In this document: piece after piece, positions 1-12,653 of the stretch
How the letters are laid out: each line of letters begins with the position of its first letter
How positions within the stretch are numbered: the first letter of the stretch is position 1
Source: Eledone cirrhosa
Taxonomy: Eukaryota
Direction: 5' to 3'
NCBI GenBank assembly: GCA_964016885.1
Contig: OZ024746.1
Coordinates: 67,890,001-67,954,000, forward strand
DNA: 64,000 bases
Made by a program: the position numbers and the translations under genes
Notes under the pieces: model-generated
What the model was told of the DNA's origin: nothing
The model's input: the letters and a program-made list of their open reading frames with translations, nothing else
Databases searched by the model: none

Positions 1-154
1 GGGGATAAGAAAGAGCATTACTATTCTTATTTTTGAAATAGCGATTCCTAGTTGGTGTATATTGGAGATCATACCAATAAAAAAGTAATATAAATGTAAA
101 TATTAAACAGTCTAATTTACACGAAACATTATAAGGTATGTAAATTAGTACAAT

Positions 155-404
155 GCAGATAGAAATATAAAGGAGGTATTGGAGTAAAAGGATGATAGAC
201 TAAAATAATGTTCCAGCCCAATATAATTTCTTCATGATATTTCAAAGTAAAGACTTACTTTTCAAATGAATGCAAAATAAAACAAGATGTTCATTTGAAA
301 AGAAGACTTTACCTTGAAATATCATGAAGAAATATATTGAGTAAAACCATTATTTGTTTTTGTCATCTGTTTATCCCAGTGCCACCTCTATATTTCTATC
401 TGCA
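155..404. mobile_element. Old fold-back/MITE-like inverted repeat
   Basis: tgcagatagaaatata pairs with tatatttctatctgca. Inner arms of about 45 bp (atttcttcatgatatttcaa...) surround a spacer of about 20 nt. Confidence 0.65.
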
Positions 405-664
405 CTGAACTGGCTTTCTGAACACCCTATTATTTAGTAAATATTAAAACCTTTTACGTCTCATAAAGATGAAATTTTCAGTGAGTTTGTTTTAATGTGT
501 CAAGTTGTGTATTTTAGTATTTTTATGATATCTTAAAACCTTATTTCCATTAATGTTGGCTTTAGTTGTTATCACCCTCCCCCAGCCACATAGATGTTAA
601 GTTTACACCTTGTTAAAACAAAGATCATAGTCATGTGTGCAACAACAGTATATTTTATTATTAT

Positions 665-1203
665 TGTTTTTTCATTTATCTTGCTTTATGTTCATACGAG
701 TTATCACCAAGTCACAACCAGTGACCTCAAGAAGCAACAGGGTCTGCCATGTTCAAGAAAGAACATATACACACATACATGAATCTTTAGGTGTTTAGAC
801 TTGTGATGTATTTATATTGACAGAATCTTGTTGCTACTGCACAGCTCTTGTGTTATGGGTATGTAAAGTGTTGTTTTCAGTGATGTTTTTATTGCATTGA
901 GTGTGCAATAATATGTGTGCAGTGCCTAATAGTGCTATTTTCCATATGTTGTATATGTTTGTAAATCCTGGGGATTTTTTAAAGTATCTGTCTGTGTGTT
1001 GTTGTTGTTTTTTTAATCATTCCTAGAACACTTATAGGGATTGCTTCTGTTTTCATCATCCTCATTTGTATTATTTTTCTTTTTGGTCTTTGACTATATT
1101 ATCTGGCCAGTTGACTTTGATCTCCTTGTCTGTGTGTATTAACATATGCCATTGTCATTCTCTCACACTTTTCTGGTGTATGTTTTGTACTACCTTTTTT
1201 CTA
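665..1203 (-). mobile_element. Degenerate 3' fragment of an R4/Dong/NeSL-type (restriction-like endonuclease) non-LTR retrotransposon
   Basis: Minus-strand peptides IHTDKEIKVNWPDNIVKD and LGMIKK..IPGFTNIYNIWKIALLGTAHIL resemble the RLE C-terminus. Flanked by (TAA)n runs. Confidence 0.65.
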
Positions 1204-1930
1204 TATTATTATTATTATTATTATTATCATTATTATTATTATTAGCAGCAGCAACAGTAGTAATTTTTTTAATGCTATTATTCATATCGCCTATTGTTGT
1301 TGTTATGAATCTTGGCTAATGGTTGCATTGAATGCATTCTTTTAACTGATTATGTTGACAATAATCTCCCAACACTTCTTAATATATGTGCATGAGAGTC
1401 AGAATGGACAAGGAACAGTATTTCCTATTTATACTCTCTATTAATTATGTACATATAGACTGCTTTTGTTTTTCTCTTCTTTTCCAATTTCCTTTTCTAC
1501 TAGTCAAGTTACTTCTTAATCAATGTAAAAGACCTATTATTATTATTTCATTATTATTATTATCATTATTATTATTATGGTAAACACAATGGAGCTAAGT
1601 GATCAGTAAACAGGGCTCATAATTAAATCTTATGAATTGTTGGAGTGCTGAGTGGTTTGAAATTTGAAAACATGGGAATCCTAGACACAGACAATAACTG
1701 GAACAATAGTTGATTGCTATAAATAATACTTTAGAAAATCAGATAAAATATCCATTTAGAAGGAAAAAAAGTGACCACAATGTCTCACAATTTCAAAGAC
1801 CAGAACTGTTTCAATTCCTATTTGGAACCTTTGTACTTCTGTTATGTTGTTAATACCATTGGTAAAAAGGAATGGAAATTAAAACTTTGCTTTGCCTTCT
1901 CTACACATTTGAGATGTAATATCGATGCAA

Positions 1931-2097
1931 TAATAATTGTTTCTACTATTGGCACAAGGCCAGCAATTACCCAGTGCATTACTGGTACTTTATTTTATCA
2001 ACCTCGTAAGGATTTGAACTCAGACCGTAAAGGGCCGTAACTCTATGCTGCAAAGTATGGCGTCCGACCCACTACCAATACTGCCAATCCACCTCCC
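1931..2097 (-). mobile_element. SINE family A copy (internal deletion)
   Basis: Matches the family consensus ggattggcagtatcggtag...gagttcaaatcc...gtagaaacaattat. Confidence 0.85.
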
Positions 2098-2959
2098 TAG
2101 TAATAATAACAATAATAATGATTTCTAACATAAGCACAAAAATTCCACAGATTTGAGGGATTAGATCAACCTTAGTACTTGATTGATGTTTATTGTATTG
2201 ACTCCCAGAAGGATGAAAGACAAACTGATGAAGTTAGTATTTAAATTCAGAACATAGAGAGAAAACCAAATACTGCAGGGTTTGTTACTCTATTGACTGC
2301 GTGTGATGATATAATAATAATCATTATGTTGATATACCATTCATCAGCTGTGGCAGTGTACAAAGCTCTGTAGTATGGCTGTTAATAAGAAAACTATGGG
2401 GTGTGTGAGAGCTGTGCAAGCAATATTTTCATAATTAACTGTGTTGACAATTTAGAGAAGAAATTGAACCTTGGAAACCATGCTAAAAGTTTAAGTTAAC
2501 CTAGCCAAGACAATTAATTTAGCTGGAAAGAAGACAGGATTCTATTGCCATCTAGAAGGTGGCTATTCTAGATATTCAGAAAATATAGGCTGGAATTCCA
2601 TACAAGAGATGCAATGAGATCACATATATGTTGACAGAGAAAAAGACTTTATATGCAGCAGATGCACAGTGGTATTTAACAGTAAGTACACACCTGGAAT
2701 AAACTCCTAATAATACTCAGATGTATCCCTAGAAGTATTTGAAAACTTCTGTAACTTAGTTAACCATATTAGAAGAGGGTGTTCTCAAAGCTTAGTTGCA
2801 AGAATAAGAATAAGATGGGAAAAGTTCAGGGAGCTATAATCTCTGTAACAATGAGATTCTCCCTCTGAATGAAGGGCTGATTATATGATGGTTGTGTATG
2901 AAGTAAAATGCTGCATGGTTATGAAAAGGACAATAATTTCAGTAGATGTTGGAAACTGG

Positions 2960-3395
2960 AAAGTAATCAGGCAAGTAGGCTTCCTTGTATCAGAAATGTT
3001 AGTATACATGACTGACAGAGCATAAATGAGCTGAGAGAAAGACTAGATAAAGGAAAAATGATATGTAGTAAGAAAGAGAGGAGATTACATTAGTGAAAAC
3101 ATTAGCTGTGTATGGGGGATGGTAGTTAGGTAAAGAAGTCCCATACAATCCAAGTGGAAGCAACTTGTGAAAGGGAAAGATTGAGGAAAACGTGTAGAAG
3201 TGGTGAAGATTGATCTAAGGTGGCTGAACATTCTAAAAGAGATGACAAGGAATAAATTGGTCTTCTCCAGCATAGTGACTAAGAAGCTATAGTATAGCTA
3301 CTGAGATACTATGCTGGGGAAGACCAATTTACTCCATAAAAGTATGAAAAAGTTGATGTTGAAGCTGTGATGATGTGAATGATGATGATGATAAT
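2960..3395 (+). mobile_element. Degenerate RTE-like LINE 3' end with (ATG)n tail
   Basis: Similar to the reverse complement of the LINE at 11977-12653. Confidence 0.6.
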
Positions 3396-4124
3396 AACTG
3401 TGGTGTCAACAAAGACATTGCTGATGCAGCATATGATAATGTTTCATTGATCATTGCTGAGTTTCATCCCAAGTGTCTTCCATGGCAATAAGTTCATAGA
3501 GATCAAATGGAATAAATTAAGAATCATTCTTAAACTCCATATATAAAACAAACTGCAATAGAGTAAATCCACATGCTGGACGTATTTATTATACAAATGA
3601 GATGGAAATATATTAATTGTCCAAATTTCTGTAATATGAATGATTTGTGCATAAAATGCTATTATGTAATATTAATATAATGGAATTAGTGAGATGAAGA
3701 ATGGGAAGATAAGTGCTCAAATATCAGACAACAAAAAGAACACTAGGTAAGGGTATTCTAAAGTGAAATCACCTATTATTTTGATTATTACATTTGATGT
3801 TATCTGGCTGCCATTGCAGCTGACATTATTCTAGTGCATTACTGGTACTTTATTTTATCGACCCCATAAGGATGAAAGGCAAAGTTAACCTCGGTGGGAA
3901 TACCAATTAATGGCATGTAACATTGACTATTCGGCATATTTATAGCTACTATAGAATATCTATAGAATCAGAAACAGTTAGACAGTAAGGCCTAGATGTT
4001 TGTGGAGAAAATAGGGCTTTAGAGCAGAAATTATTAATGGGTACATGGTGTTGTGACATGACAATGTTCTTGAAGTATCCAATGTATTTATATGGGGCAG
4101 TTGAATAAGATAATCCTTAGTAGA

Positions 4125-4327
4125 ATAATTGTTTCTACTTTAGGCACAAGGCCAGCAATTACCCAGTGCATTACTGGTACTTTATTTTATCGACCCCGTA
4201 AGGATGAAAGGCAAAGTCAATCCCGCCGAGGTTGACTTTGCCTTTCATCCTTAAGGGTTCGATAAAATAAAGTACCAGTAATGCACTGGGTAATTGCTGG
4301 CCTTGTGCCTAAAGTAGAAACAATTAA
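4125..4327. mobile_element. Two SINE-A 3' halves joined head-to-head (palindrome with about 95 bp arms)
   Basis: 4125-4219 is nearly the exact reverse complement of 4232-4327. Confidence 0.92.
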
Positions 4328-4464
4328 TTGGTATTCCTTTTCAGAGTCAAACAGACTTGATATACAATTTCCACTATAGTCATATTTTGAACAGCCATGA
4401 ATCTCTCTCAAAGCCATCTGCATGGTAAACAAATCTTCACTCACCAATACTCAACAATCAAATA

Positions 4465-4565
4465 CAGGGTGTCCCCCCAAAATATATACACAATTTGATT
4501 ACCTGTACAGGCAACATTTATTAGAAAGCTGTTGAAGTATGTATATATTTTATGGGGACACCCTG
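4465..4565. mobile_element. Tc1/mariner-type MITE
   Basis: TA|cagggtgtcccc...ggggacaccctg|TA, with TIRs of about 27 bp. Confidence 0.85.
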
Positions 4566-5229
4566 TATATACCACTGACAATTTAACCATTACTACAATG
4601 GTCTATCTGCTCCTCCAAGCCTTTTAATTGCAATAAGTCTCCATGCAAAGCCACTCACTTCCTTTCTATCATTCCCAGTCTTGCCACCTGACCCTTCAAC
4701 AGAAACATTACACAAGGCTTTGTATTAAGAACTGCATCTTTCCTATGCATTTTCTCTCCTGTACCCAGCTATTATATATTCTAAAGTATAAAACTTCAAA
4801 TACAGCATCACACTTATGCTTGCTGGCATATTCAATATGGTTTATAAGAAAACATTCTATATATTCATATTGTCACATTGATTTATTGATTGAGACGATG
4901 TAAATGAAATTACACAGTGTATTCTAAGTGTTAAAATATAGGAATAAGCTATCAGCCAGGTGTGTGTGAATCATATTTAGTTGGTGGTAGCAGCCAATTA
5001 ACTAAGGTAGGTGTCAATGACTAAGGTTAAACACCAGACTGTGAGGGCACCCCAGTTAACTTACATTTGGCCAGTGTTTTACAAGTGAGCCTAAAACTAG
5101 GATAACTGTTGAGGCTTCATTGAGCAATGGATTGAAAACAGTTAGGTAGCAGTAGAAATAGTAGCCATTATATTTCCCTTGTGGCATCACTGCCCTTGAG
5201 AAAGGTTTAATCTTCTCATCGGGATTTTT

Positions 5230-5420
5230 ATTTAGGCACAAGGCCAGTAATTTAAGGGAGGAGAAAGTTGATTGAATCGACTCCAGTACTTGACTGGTAT
5301 TTTGTTTTATCAATACCTGATAGAATAAAAGATAAAGTTGGCCTCAGCAGAATTTGAACTCAGAATGAAAAGAGCCGTAACTATTACCACAAAGCATTTT
5401 TCCAATGCCCTAACAATTCC
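5230..5420 (-). mobile_element. SINE-A, older long form
   Basis: Diverged match to the consensus, including the extra segment of about 30 nt. Confidence 0.7.
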
Positions 5421-7295
5421 GTTACTCCCCCATATTCACTAAAACATTACATAATTTAATTTCATTTTGTTTTACTTCAAAATCTGAGGCCTGATGTTTA
5501 TGTAAAAAATAAAATTCCAAATAAATGATTTTATACCATTTGTTAATAGCTATTAAATTGGACAATCTTCATCATTTGATGTAAGATTCATTTGAAATAA
5601 TTTTTTTGCTATGAATAATATCTTTTTAATAATTTTCATTTTGAGTAAATTGTTTATGGATATGTTTTTCTTTTTAAATAAATGATACATCCACTGTTTA
5701 ATCTTTCAACACCTTTAAACGTATGTGTAAATTGTTGGAAAATATTTTATAGTATGTTAGCTTGCACTTAATAATGTTCTTCATACAGAAGGTATCCCGT
5801 GAGAAAATTTCAATGTCAATATTTTAAACTGTTTAATCAGTGAAATATGTTTTGCACAAAAACTTTATATTGTAAAAGTTCTTTTGTGGTTTGATAATTA
5901 TACATTAGACAATACATGTTTAGATTTGTCACCATAAATTTTAAATATCCTCAGACTCACTCTCTACAGCATATCTCCATTTAATTTTTAATGAATTGAA
6001 ATTTTTGAATTCTTTCCCTTGCCCCTATTGAAATTAATGATAATGATATTTCTTCTAATTACAGTTATAATTTAAATTTATTAAAAATTCTTTTTGGTTC
6101 AAAACATTAAGTATGTTAATCCACACTTAACTATATGTTCTCCATACAGAAGGCTCCCCTGGGGAATTTTCCAATGTCATAGTTGAATGCCCTTACTTAA
6201 GATGAGAGTTATATGTTTCAATGTAGTTGACAGGCTGAAAATAAAGTAATGTTTATAAGCTGCTATTGCTGAGAATTGAACTCATGGATTTTATAACAGA
6301 AGACCCGAATTTTAAATATTCAGGCACCACACTATAAGATGATATCAATTTTGTTTCTTCTTTGATTAGCATATTTCTGAAACTTTCCATCCTCTAGTAA
6401 ATTTAAAGGAACACATTAATAGATATATTTTTATTTTTTGTCAATGTTGTATTAAACCTCACCAGAGCACCTGAAACACTATGAGATACTACTGGAGCCT
6501 CAAATCATTCTCAAATCACCCACCTATGTCTTAGAAAAGGACATATTGGGTAATGTGATCCTGGCTTTCATGGGGAAAAGATAGAATGGTGTTAGTTGAT
6601 TTTTTTCTTTGATCATATGACTATCCAGTCATCACTGACTTGAGGCTAAACAACAACAACAACAATAAATAGAGACACTAAAGTGAAATGAGACCATAAT
6701 GTGAAATTCCTTGCACCTTTTTCTATTATTGAATTCCTCTTGTTGGGATGATTTGAGAAATAATGTTCAGAAAAAATGTTCAGGGTTTCATGAAAAAGGG
6801 GCAATATATATTATAAATAAAGAATATGTGAAGCTACAATGAAATTCTAGGTGTAAATTAGAAATAATAACTCCCATAATTTCTCAAGTCAGAGTGGAAA
6901 GAGAGAAATAACAATATTAGACTAAAATATTTTAAGGTTGACATTGGTTGTAAGTCTCAAGATGAATTTTATGCATCAGCAAACTCAGGCCAGATGTGAA
7001 ATGTAGGCCTCATTTCAAATTGGTATTTAGTGCTTTCAAATAACAGAACAGAAGAGAATAACCTTAACTTGGGTTGAGTAGCCCCCCCCCCCCCCCCCAC
7101 TACCACTACCACACCCTAACTGGCACACCTGGAGCCTCTCTTGTCTGGTATATGTAAACATTCTGGTATATGTAAACATTCTAAGGGTTTTCAACTAATT
7201 CACATTGTTTTAAAAGATATCAAACTAGCTTAGGGTTAGATACAATATGTAGCAGATATAATTAGTTGATACACACATAGAAGAATAGATGTAAA

Positions 7296-7487
7296 AATAA
7301 TTGTTTCTACTTTTGGCACAAGGCCAACAATTAGCCAGTGCATTACTGGTACTTTGTTTTATCGACCCTGGAAGGATGAAAGGCAAAGTTAACCTCGGCG
7401 GGATTTGAACTCAGATCATACAGGGAGGTACCTCTATGCTTCAAAGCATGGTATCCGACCCTCTACCGATACTGCCAATCCACCGCC
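7296..7487 (-). mobile_element. SINE-A full-length with TSD
   Basis: A/B-box head present. Flanking repeat tagatgtaaaa(a)taa. Confidence 0.9.
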
Positions 7488-7961
7488 TTAGATGTAAAAT
7501 AATAATATTGATGATGATAGTGATAATTAATAATTAATTTTAATTAGAATGTAAAATGGATTTATCTACCCATGTATGTTACTTTTAATGCAAGCATTTA
7601 CATCATGAAAGAGTCATTTTAACATTTAAAAAATATGAAAAATATGATATATTATTTTTTTTATTTATTTTGAGTCTGAAAGTTTTCTTTGTAGACTCTA
7701 ACTTAATTCTACTACAACCATTCCATAGCAGTGATCAAGTTACACACAATTTCACAAAATATTTTGTATACTACAAAATTCTGAGTGAATCATTGTTGTA
7801 GTGTTGGCAGCAGTGGTGACATTGTTGATTTCTCAACATTACCATGACTACCAACGTTATTTTTCCAAACACAAGAAAGCATTTAAATATAAGTTTGAAG
7901 GCAGAGGTGACAGAGAGAAGTTCCAGCTAGATCATGTCAACAAATCTTCATATTGGTTTAA

Positions 7962-8166
7962 CCCTTTAACATTTACATTACTCTATATTTGCTATTGTAT
8001 TTACCTCACATAATTATCTCACATAATATCAAAACTATGAGATTTTGATATTATTTATTTTGAGAACAATACCTTAACATAAGAATGAACAGCTTGTTAC
8101 AGCCGGTTTGAACAAAAAGAGGTGAGAGAATTCTGGCCAAATATGGCTGGTTTAAATGCTAAAGGA
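7962..8166. mobile_element. piggyBac-type MITE (family P1)
   Basis: TTAA|ccctttaacattta...taaatgctaaagga|TTAA. Other copies at about 36.4, 48.6 and 53.3 kb. Confidence 0.8.
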
Positions 8167-8517
8167 TTAAATACATAAGTCTCCAATATCCGAATTCTTA
8201 ACTGTCAGCAGAAGGGGACACAGGAGTTGTGACCTATTTGCATCCCGGCCCCCTGAGAGTATAAGAAGTTAAGTACCAAAAGAGTTGCTTGAGAGGGCCT
8301 TTCTTCTCTGAAAACCTTCTGCTGTTCAGTTCACCTGAGAGTTTATTGCCACTCTACCTGTTTTTGTTTTATTTTTTAATGGTTAAAATGATTTTTTCAT
8401 TATGTAATTTCTTTGGTTTCAATACATAGCCTCAAATCAAATCACTTGCAAAACAATAAAACTACAAATTATATTTTAAAAAAAACATAAAAATGTATAA
8501 ACATTGACAAGACTAAC

Positions 8518-8656
8518 CGGCAATATCTTCTTCATCTTTCTGGATTTGTGATTGGTCTAAAAGAATTTTGGTACTATCAACAAAAGCTCGGTAGTAACCT
8601 TCTAAAAGAGCAATAAAATCTGGAACATCATCGTTCAGAAGTCCAACACATAATGC
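8518..8656 (-). CDS. FRMPD4: FRMPD4-like exon H, end of FERM-C: ALCVGLLNDDVPDFIALLEGYYRAFVDSTKILLDQSQIQKDEEDIA
   Basis: ctgcag acceptor, gttagt donor, 139 nt, phase 0/1. GYYRxxVD is the terminal helix of FAK/FRMPD-type FERM domains. Confidence 0.9.
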
Positions 8657-8818
8657 CTGCAGAGAAAACATAAAAATAAAAGATCCAAATATAGAATTAA
8701 GATAATGTAGTATAAAAACAAAACAATTATTCTGAAAATCTTCCACTTTCATTTTACAGAAATGACAAAAGTATTAGAATGTCAGACAATATGTTTTAGA
8801 TCATTTATTCTCACTGAT

Positions 8819-9220
8819 GGGTGGTAGATGTCAGTATTGGTAGAGCATAGGACACATGGTTTGCAGCATATCATTATGGCCCTTTATGTTCTAAGTTCAA
8901 ATCCTGCCTGGGTTAGCTTTGTCTTTCATCCTTACAAGGTTGATACTACCAGAAATGCACTGTGGTCAATTTAATCAATTGTCTCTTCTAATTGGCCTTG
9001 TGCCAAATGTAGAAACAATTATTATTGAGAAGGCGGTGGATTGGCAGTATCGGTAGAGGGTTGGACGCCATGCTTTCCAGCATAGTTACGTCCTTTTACG
9101 ATCTGAGTTCAAATCCCGCCGAGGTTGACTTTGCCTTTCATCCTTACGGGGTCGATAAAATAAAGTACCAGTAATGCACTGGGTAATTGCTGGCCTTGTG
9201 CCTAATGTAGAAACAATTAT
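8819..9220 (+). mobile_element. Tandem SINE-A pair (old long form then young short form)
   Basis: Two successive consensus matches, each ending gtagaaacaattat. Confidence 0.88.
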
Positions 9221-11052
9221 TTATTCTGGCTTCTTGCATTGACTAAGGTAAAATTTACTTTTCATACCCTCCAATGTAGTGGGGTTGATTTAATCAATTT
9301 TACTGGCTTTGTGTCTAAATTAGAAATCAATATTTCTTCCACATTTTTGGCATTTTGAGTTCAAATCCTTCTGTAGACTTAATCTATGGTCCAGTTTAAC
9401 ACCTCTAATTTTAGGATACCTCCTTCATTATACCCACCAATCTCAGAGCCCTTGAGAAGGGTCATGAACACCACCCTTCTTTCCTGACTAAGTGATAAAA
9501 GTGATAAAGTGAAAACCCCATTTAATTATCATCATCATCAGTACATAGATTTTACTATCACAGTCCAAGTCAGTTCTTATTTGGAGTTACTATTCTCTTC
9601 AACATATCAGAGGACAACAGCTTTCTTGGACATTCCATTTTCTTAGCATTGTTTCTATGATCTCATGTCCTTTCTGACAGAACATACAGATTAGAAAGAT
9701 TACATTGTTGGCAGGAATAAAAGAGTCTTTCTGACCCAGTGCTCTCTCTCTCTGTTTAAACACTGGGCATTTTACAGAATATACTTTGGCGCATTTTACC
9801 AACACTGGAGAGGTTTTAACCTTGGCAGGACTAACAGGTCTTTTCAGCCCAATGTTCTTTGTTTGATCAGTGTTTAGTTTGCTGGCGTAGTGAGTGCATT
9901 TTATCGATTTTATTGATGTATTTTTTCTAGGATGATTCAGTTAGTTGATTCTTCAGTCTTTATCAATTTTCTGTGATTCTAATGGGATATTTCAGTGAGT
10001 TTCCCCTGAATGGTTTCACTGTTGATTTCATAATTGATTGCAAAACATCCATTGGCTTCGAATATATCAAAAACATAACACTTCTTACTAATGCAGTATT
10101 CTCTTTAATCTATGATTCACTTTCAAATTGTGACTAAAGGGAATTACATTTTGTTAGGAACAGTCTGCTAATAGACAGAATATTGAAAGATCTATTGTGA
10201 AAGAACTAATCAATATTCGATCATGTTAGGAAAGATTAATTTCACAAATGAGATATCCACATAACTTTGATTATAAGGTGCTAGATTTAGGAACTGGTGT
10301 GGTAGGTTCAATTTTGTTTTGATAATCAAATTTTTATTTCAAGCCTATTACCATTTATTGGGTGATAAAATAATGTAAACTCAATCCAATAAATTAGTGA
10401 CTGAAGGTTTTGACTTTCAATAAGAAGTTCATTTCATTTAAAGTCCTATAATTGATTTAATTCAAACTTAGTCTGATGGACTACTTAATTGATGGAATCA
10501 ATGAAACAGAAGCACAAATTAGTATTGCATGGATAATTTGAACGATATTCTAAAAATAATTCCAACCAAAACAACTAATGAATACAGAGCCAATAAGAGA
10601 GCCTCTATGTGGTTGTTCAACTTGCTAGAAGTGGCAGTAAAATACCTCTCAAATCACATCTTACATTCTTAAGACAGGGAAGTCATGTTGGATAATATAT
10701 ATAGAAAGAAAATGGAATATTACCAGCAGGAGTACCCTTAATTATAGGTCTGCTCACTATACCAAGGGTAAACAGTAATAGCTATAACTGCTGATGACGA
10801 AGTCCTTTTTTTCCCAATTGGGTTTCATTTTGCAGTCCTTACACTCTTTTAGATCTATAGATTTATATATGTATTTATCAGTCTCACTAGTCTCAGAGAG
10901 CTTGCAAAGGCTATAGGCATAGCCCCTTCTTCTAGACCAAACTAATAAAAGATATAAAAATGGACAGAAATTGTATCAGTATCAGCAGTCTAAAAAGGAC
11001 TCTGAAGATTATGGGTACAACCTTTTTTTCCCTGATAATGCCATGCTTCAAC

Positions 11053-11640
11053 AAATAATTGTTTCTATTTTAGGCACAAGGCCAGCAATTACTGGTACTT
11101 TATTTTATCAACCCCATAAGGATGAAAGGCAAAATTAACCTCAGCGGGATTTGAACTCAGATCATAAAGGGACGTAACTCTTTGCTTCAAAGCATGGTGT
11201 CCGACTCTCTACCGATACTGCCAATCAACCGCCCTTCAACAAATAATGGTTTCTCATTTAGGCACATGACCAACGATTTGTTTTTTTTAGGGGGAAAGTC
11301 GATTAAATTGACCCAAGTGCATTACTGGTGCTTTATTTCATTGACCCCATAAGGATGAAAGGCACCTCTAGCTTTGGCCGGATTTGAACTCGAAACGTAA
11401 GGGACCATAACTTTATCCCACAAAGCAATATTGTCGACAATGGTTTGGCAATATCGGTAGAGCGTCAGACACCATGCTTTGCAGCATAGTTATGGCCTTT
11501 TACGTTCTGAGTTCAAATCTGCTGAGGTTAACTTTGACTTTCATCCTCACGAGGTCGATAAAATAAAGTACCAGTGATACACTGAGGTAATCGCTGGCCT
11601 TGTGCCAAAAGTAGAAACACTATCAATATTGCCAATCCAC
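11053..11640. mobile_element. SINE-A cluster: two minus copies plus a plus-strand copy (about 11441-11620) nested in the second
   Basis: cttcaacaaataat occurs three times, at about 11046, 11234 and 11645. Confidence 0.85.
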
Positions 11641-11735
11641 AATGCTTCAACAAATAATACACACACAAACCCACTTACACACACATGTACATATAAGTTT
11701 ACACATGCGAGTAATAATTTTAACAATTAACTTAC

Positions 11736-11840
11736 TTGTGTGGTCTCTCCTTTTATACAGACTGTAACCCATTGGATGTTATCCCCATCACGAGTTGTGC
11801 TCAACTCTTCAATCTGCTCAAATTCAGCAATCAGTTGCAA
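11736..11840 (-). CDS. FRMPD4: FRMPD4-like exon G: LQLIAEFEQIEELSTTRDGDNIQWVTVCIKGETTQ
   Basis: cag acceptor, gtaagt donor, 105 nt, phase 0/0. Fits the expected LLADFxxV segment of FERM F3. Confidence 0.85.
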
Positions 11841-11976
11841 CTGAAGTAGAAAGACAAATGTATGTGTATATGTATATGATTAAATATACTCATAACAAGG
11901 CTACAAGGATGTTTATTTACATGGACATTTATAATATGATTCATTATACAGCCTTGGTCACTCACACACAAATATA

Positions 11977-12653
11977 TCATCATCATCATCATCATTTTAC
12001 GTCTGCTTTACCTTGCTTGCAATTGCAAGGGTGGGATGGGTCCTATTCAGTACAGCATCTCTCCACTTGTCACGGTCCTTCGTCATCTCCCCCGTGAGCT
12101 TCAGCGATCTGAGGTCTGCTCTCGCCACCTCCACCCATGTTTTTCGTGGTCTTCCGCTACTGCGTCCTCCTTCTACTGGCATTTCTTGGCACTTCTTTAC
12201 TTAGCGGTCATCCTCCATGCGCATCACATGTCGATACCATCTGAGTCTTCTCTCTCATACACCACAACTTATCCCTCTTATACACAGTTTCTCTCTCAAC
12301 TCATCTATGCTTGCTCGTTCACGCACATTGATATTGCACATCCAACGGAACATGCTTGCTTCATTTTTCTCCAGTTGTCGCATATCCTCTGTAGTTGCTG
12401 CCCATGTCTCACTACTATGCAGCATCGCGCATCTTACACAGGCATCATATAACTGGCCTTTCGTTCGCAGAGAGAAACCCTTCTTTGTCAACAGAGGAAG
12501 CAGCTCCCTAAACATCTTCCAACCCGTCCTTATTCTAGATACTATGGCCTCGGAACACTCCCCTCCCATGCTAATCTGATCACCTAGGTACCGGAAGCTA
12601 TCAACCACTTCTATAGAACCCACCTGCATTTGAAAAATGTGTCTATCACTGCG
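11977..12653 (-). mobile_element. 5'-truncated RTE-clade LINE (RT C-terminus plus (ATG)n tail)
   Basis: VVDSFRYLGDQI...SRIRTGWKMFRELLPLL...MLHSSETW...GRPRKTW in ORFs 12255..12674 and 11997..12182. Confidence 0.88.

Noticed and set aside
7082-7098. Poly-C run (and poly-G at about 31944-31958) as regulatory G-quadruplexes
   Set aside because: These are simple homopolymers with no contextual evidence of function.
1-8517. Further downstream FRMPD exon (phase 1)
   Set aside because: No convincing splice-bounded open segment was found by eye. A diverged exon could have been missed.
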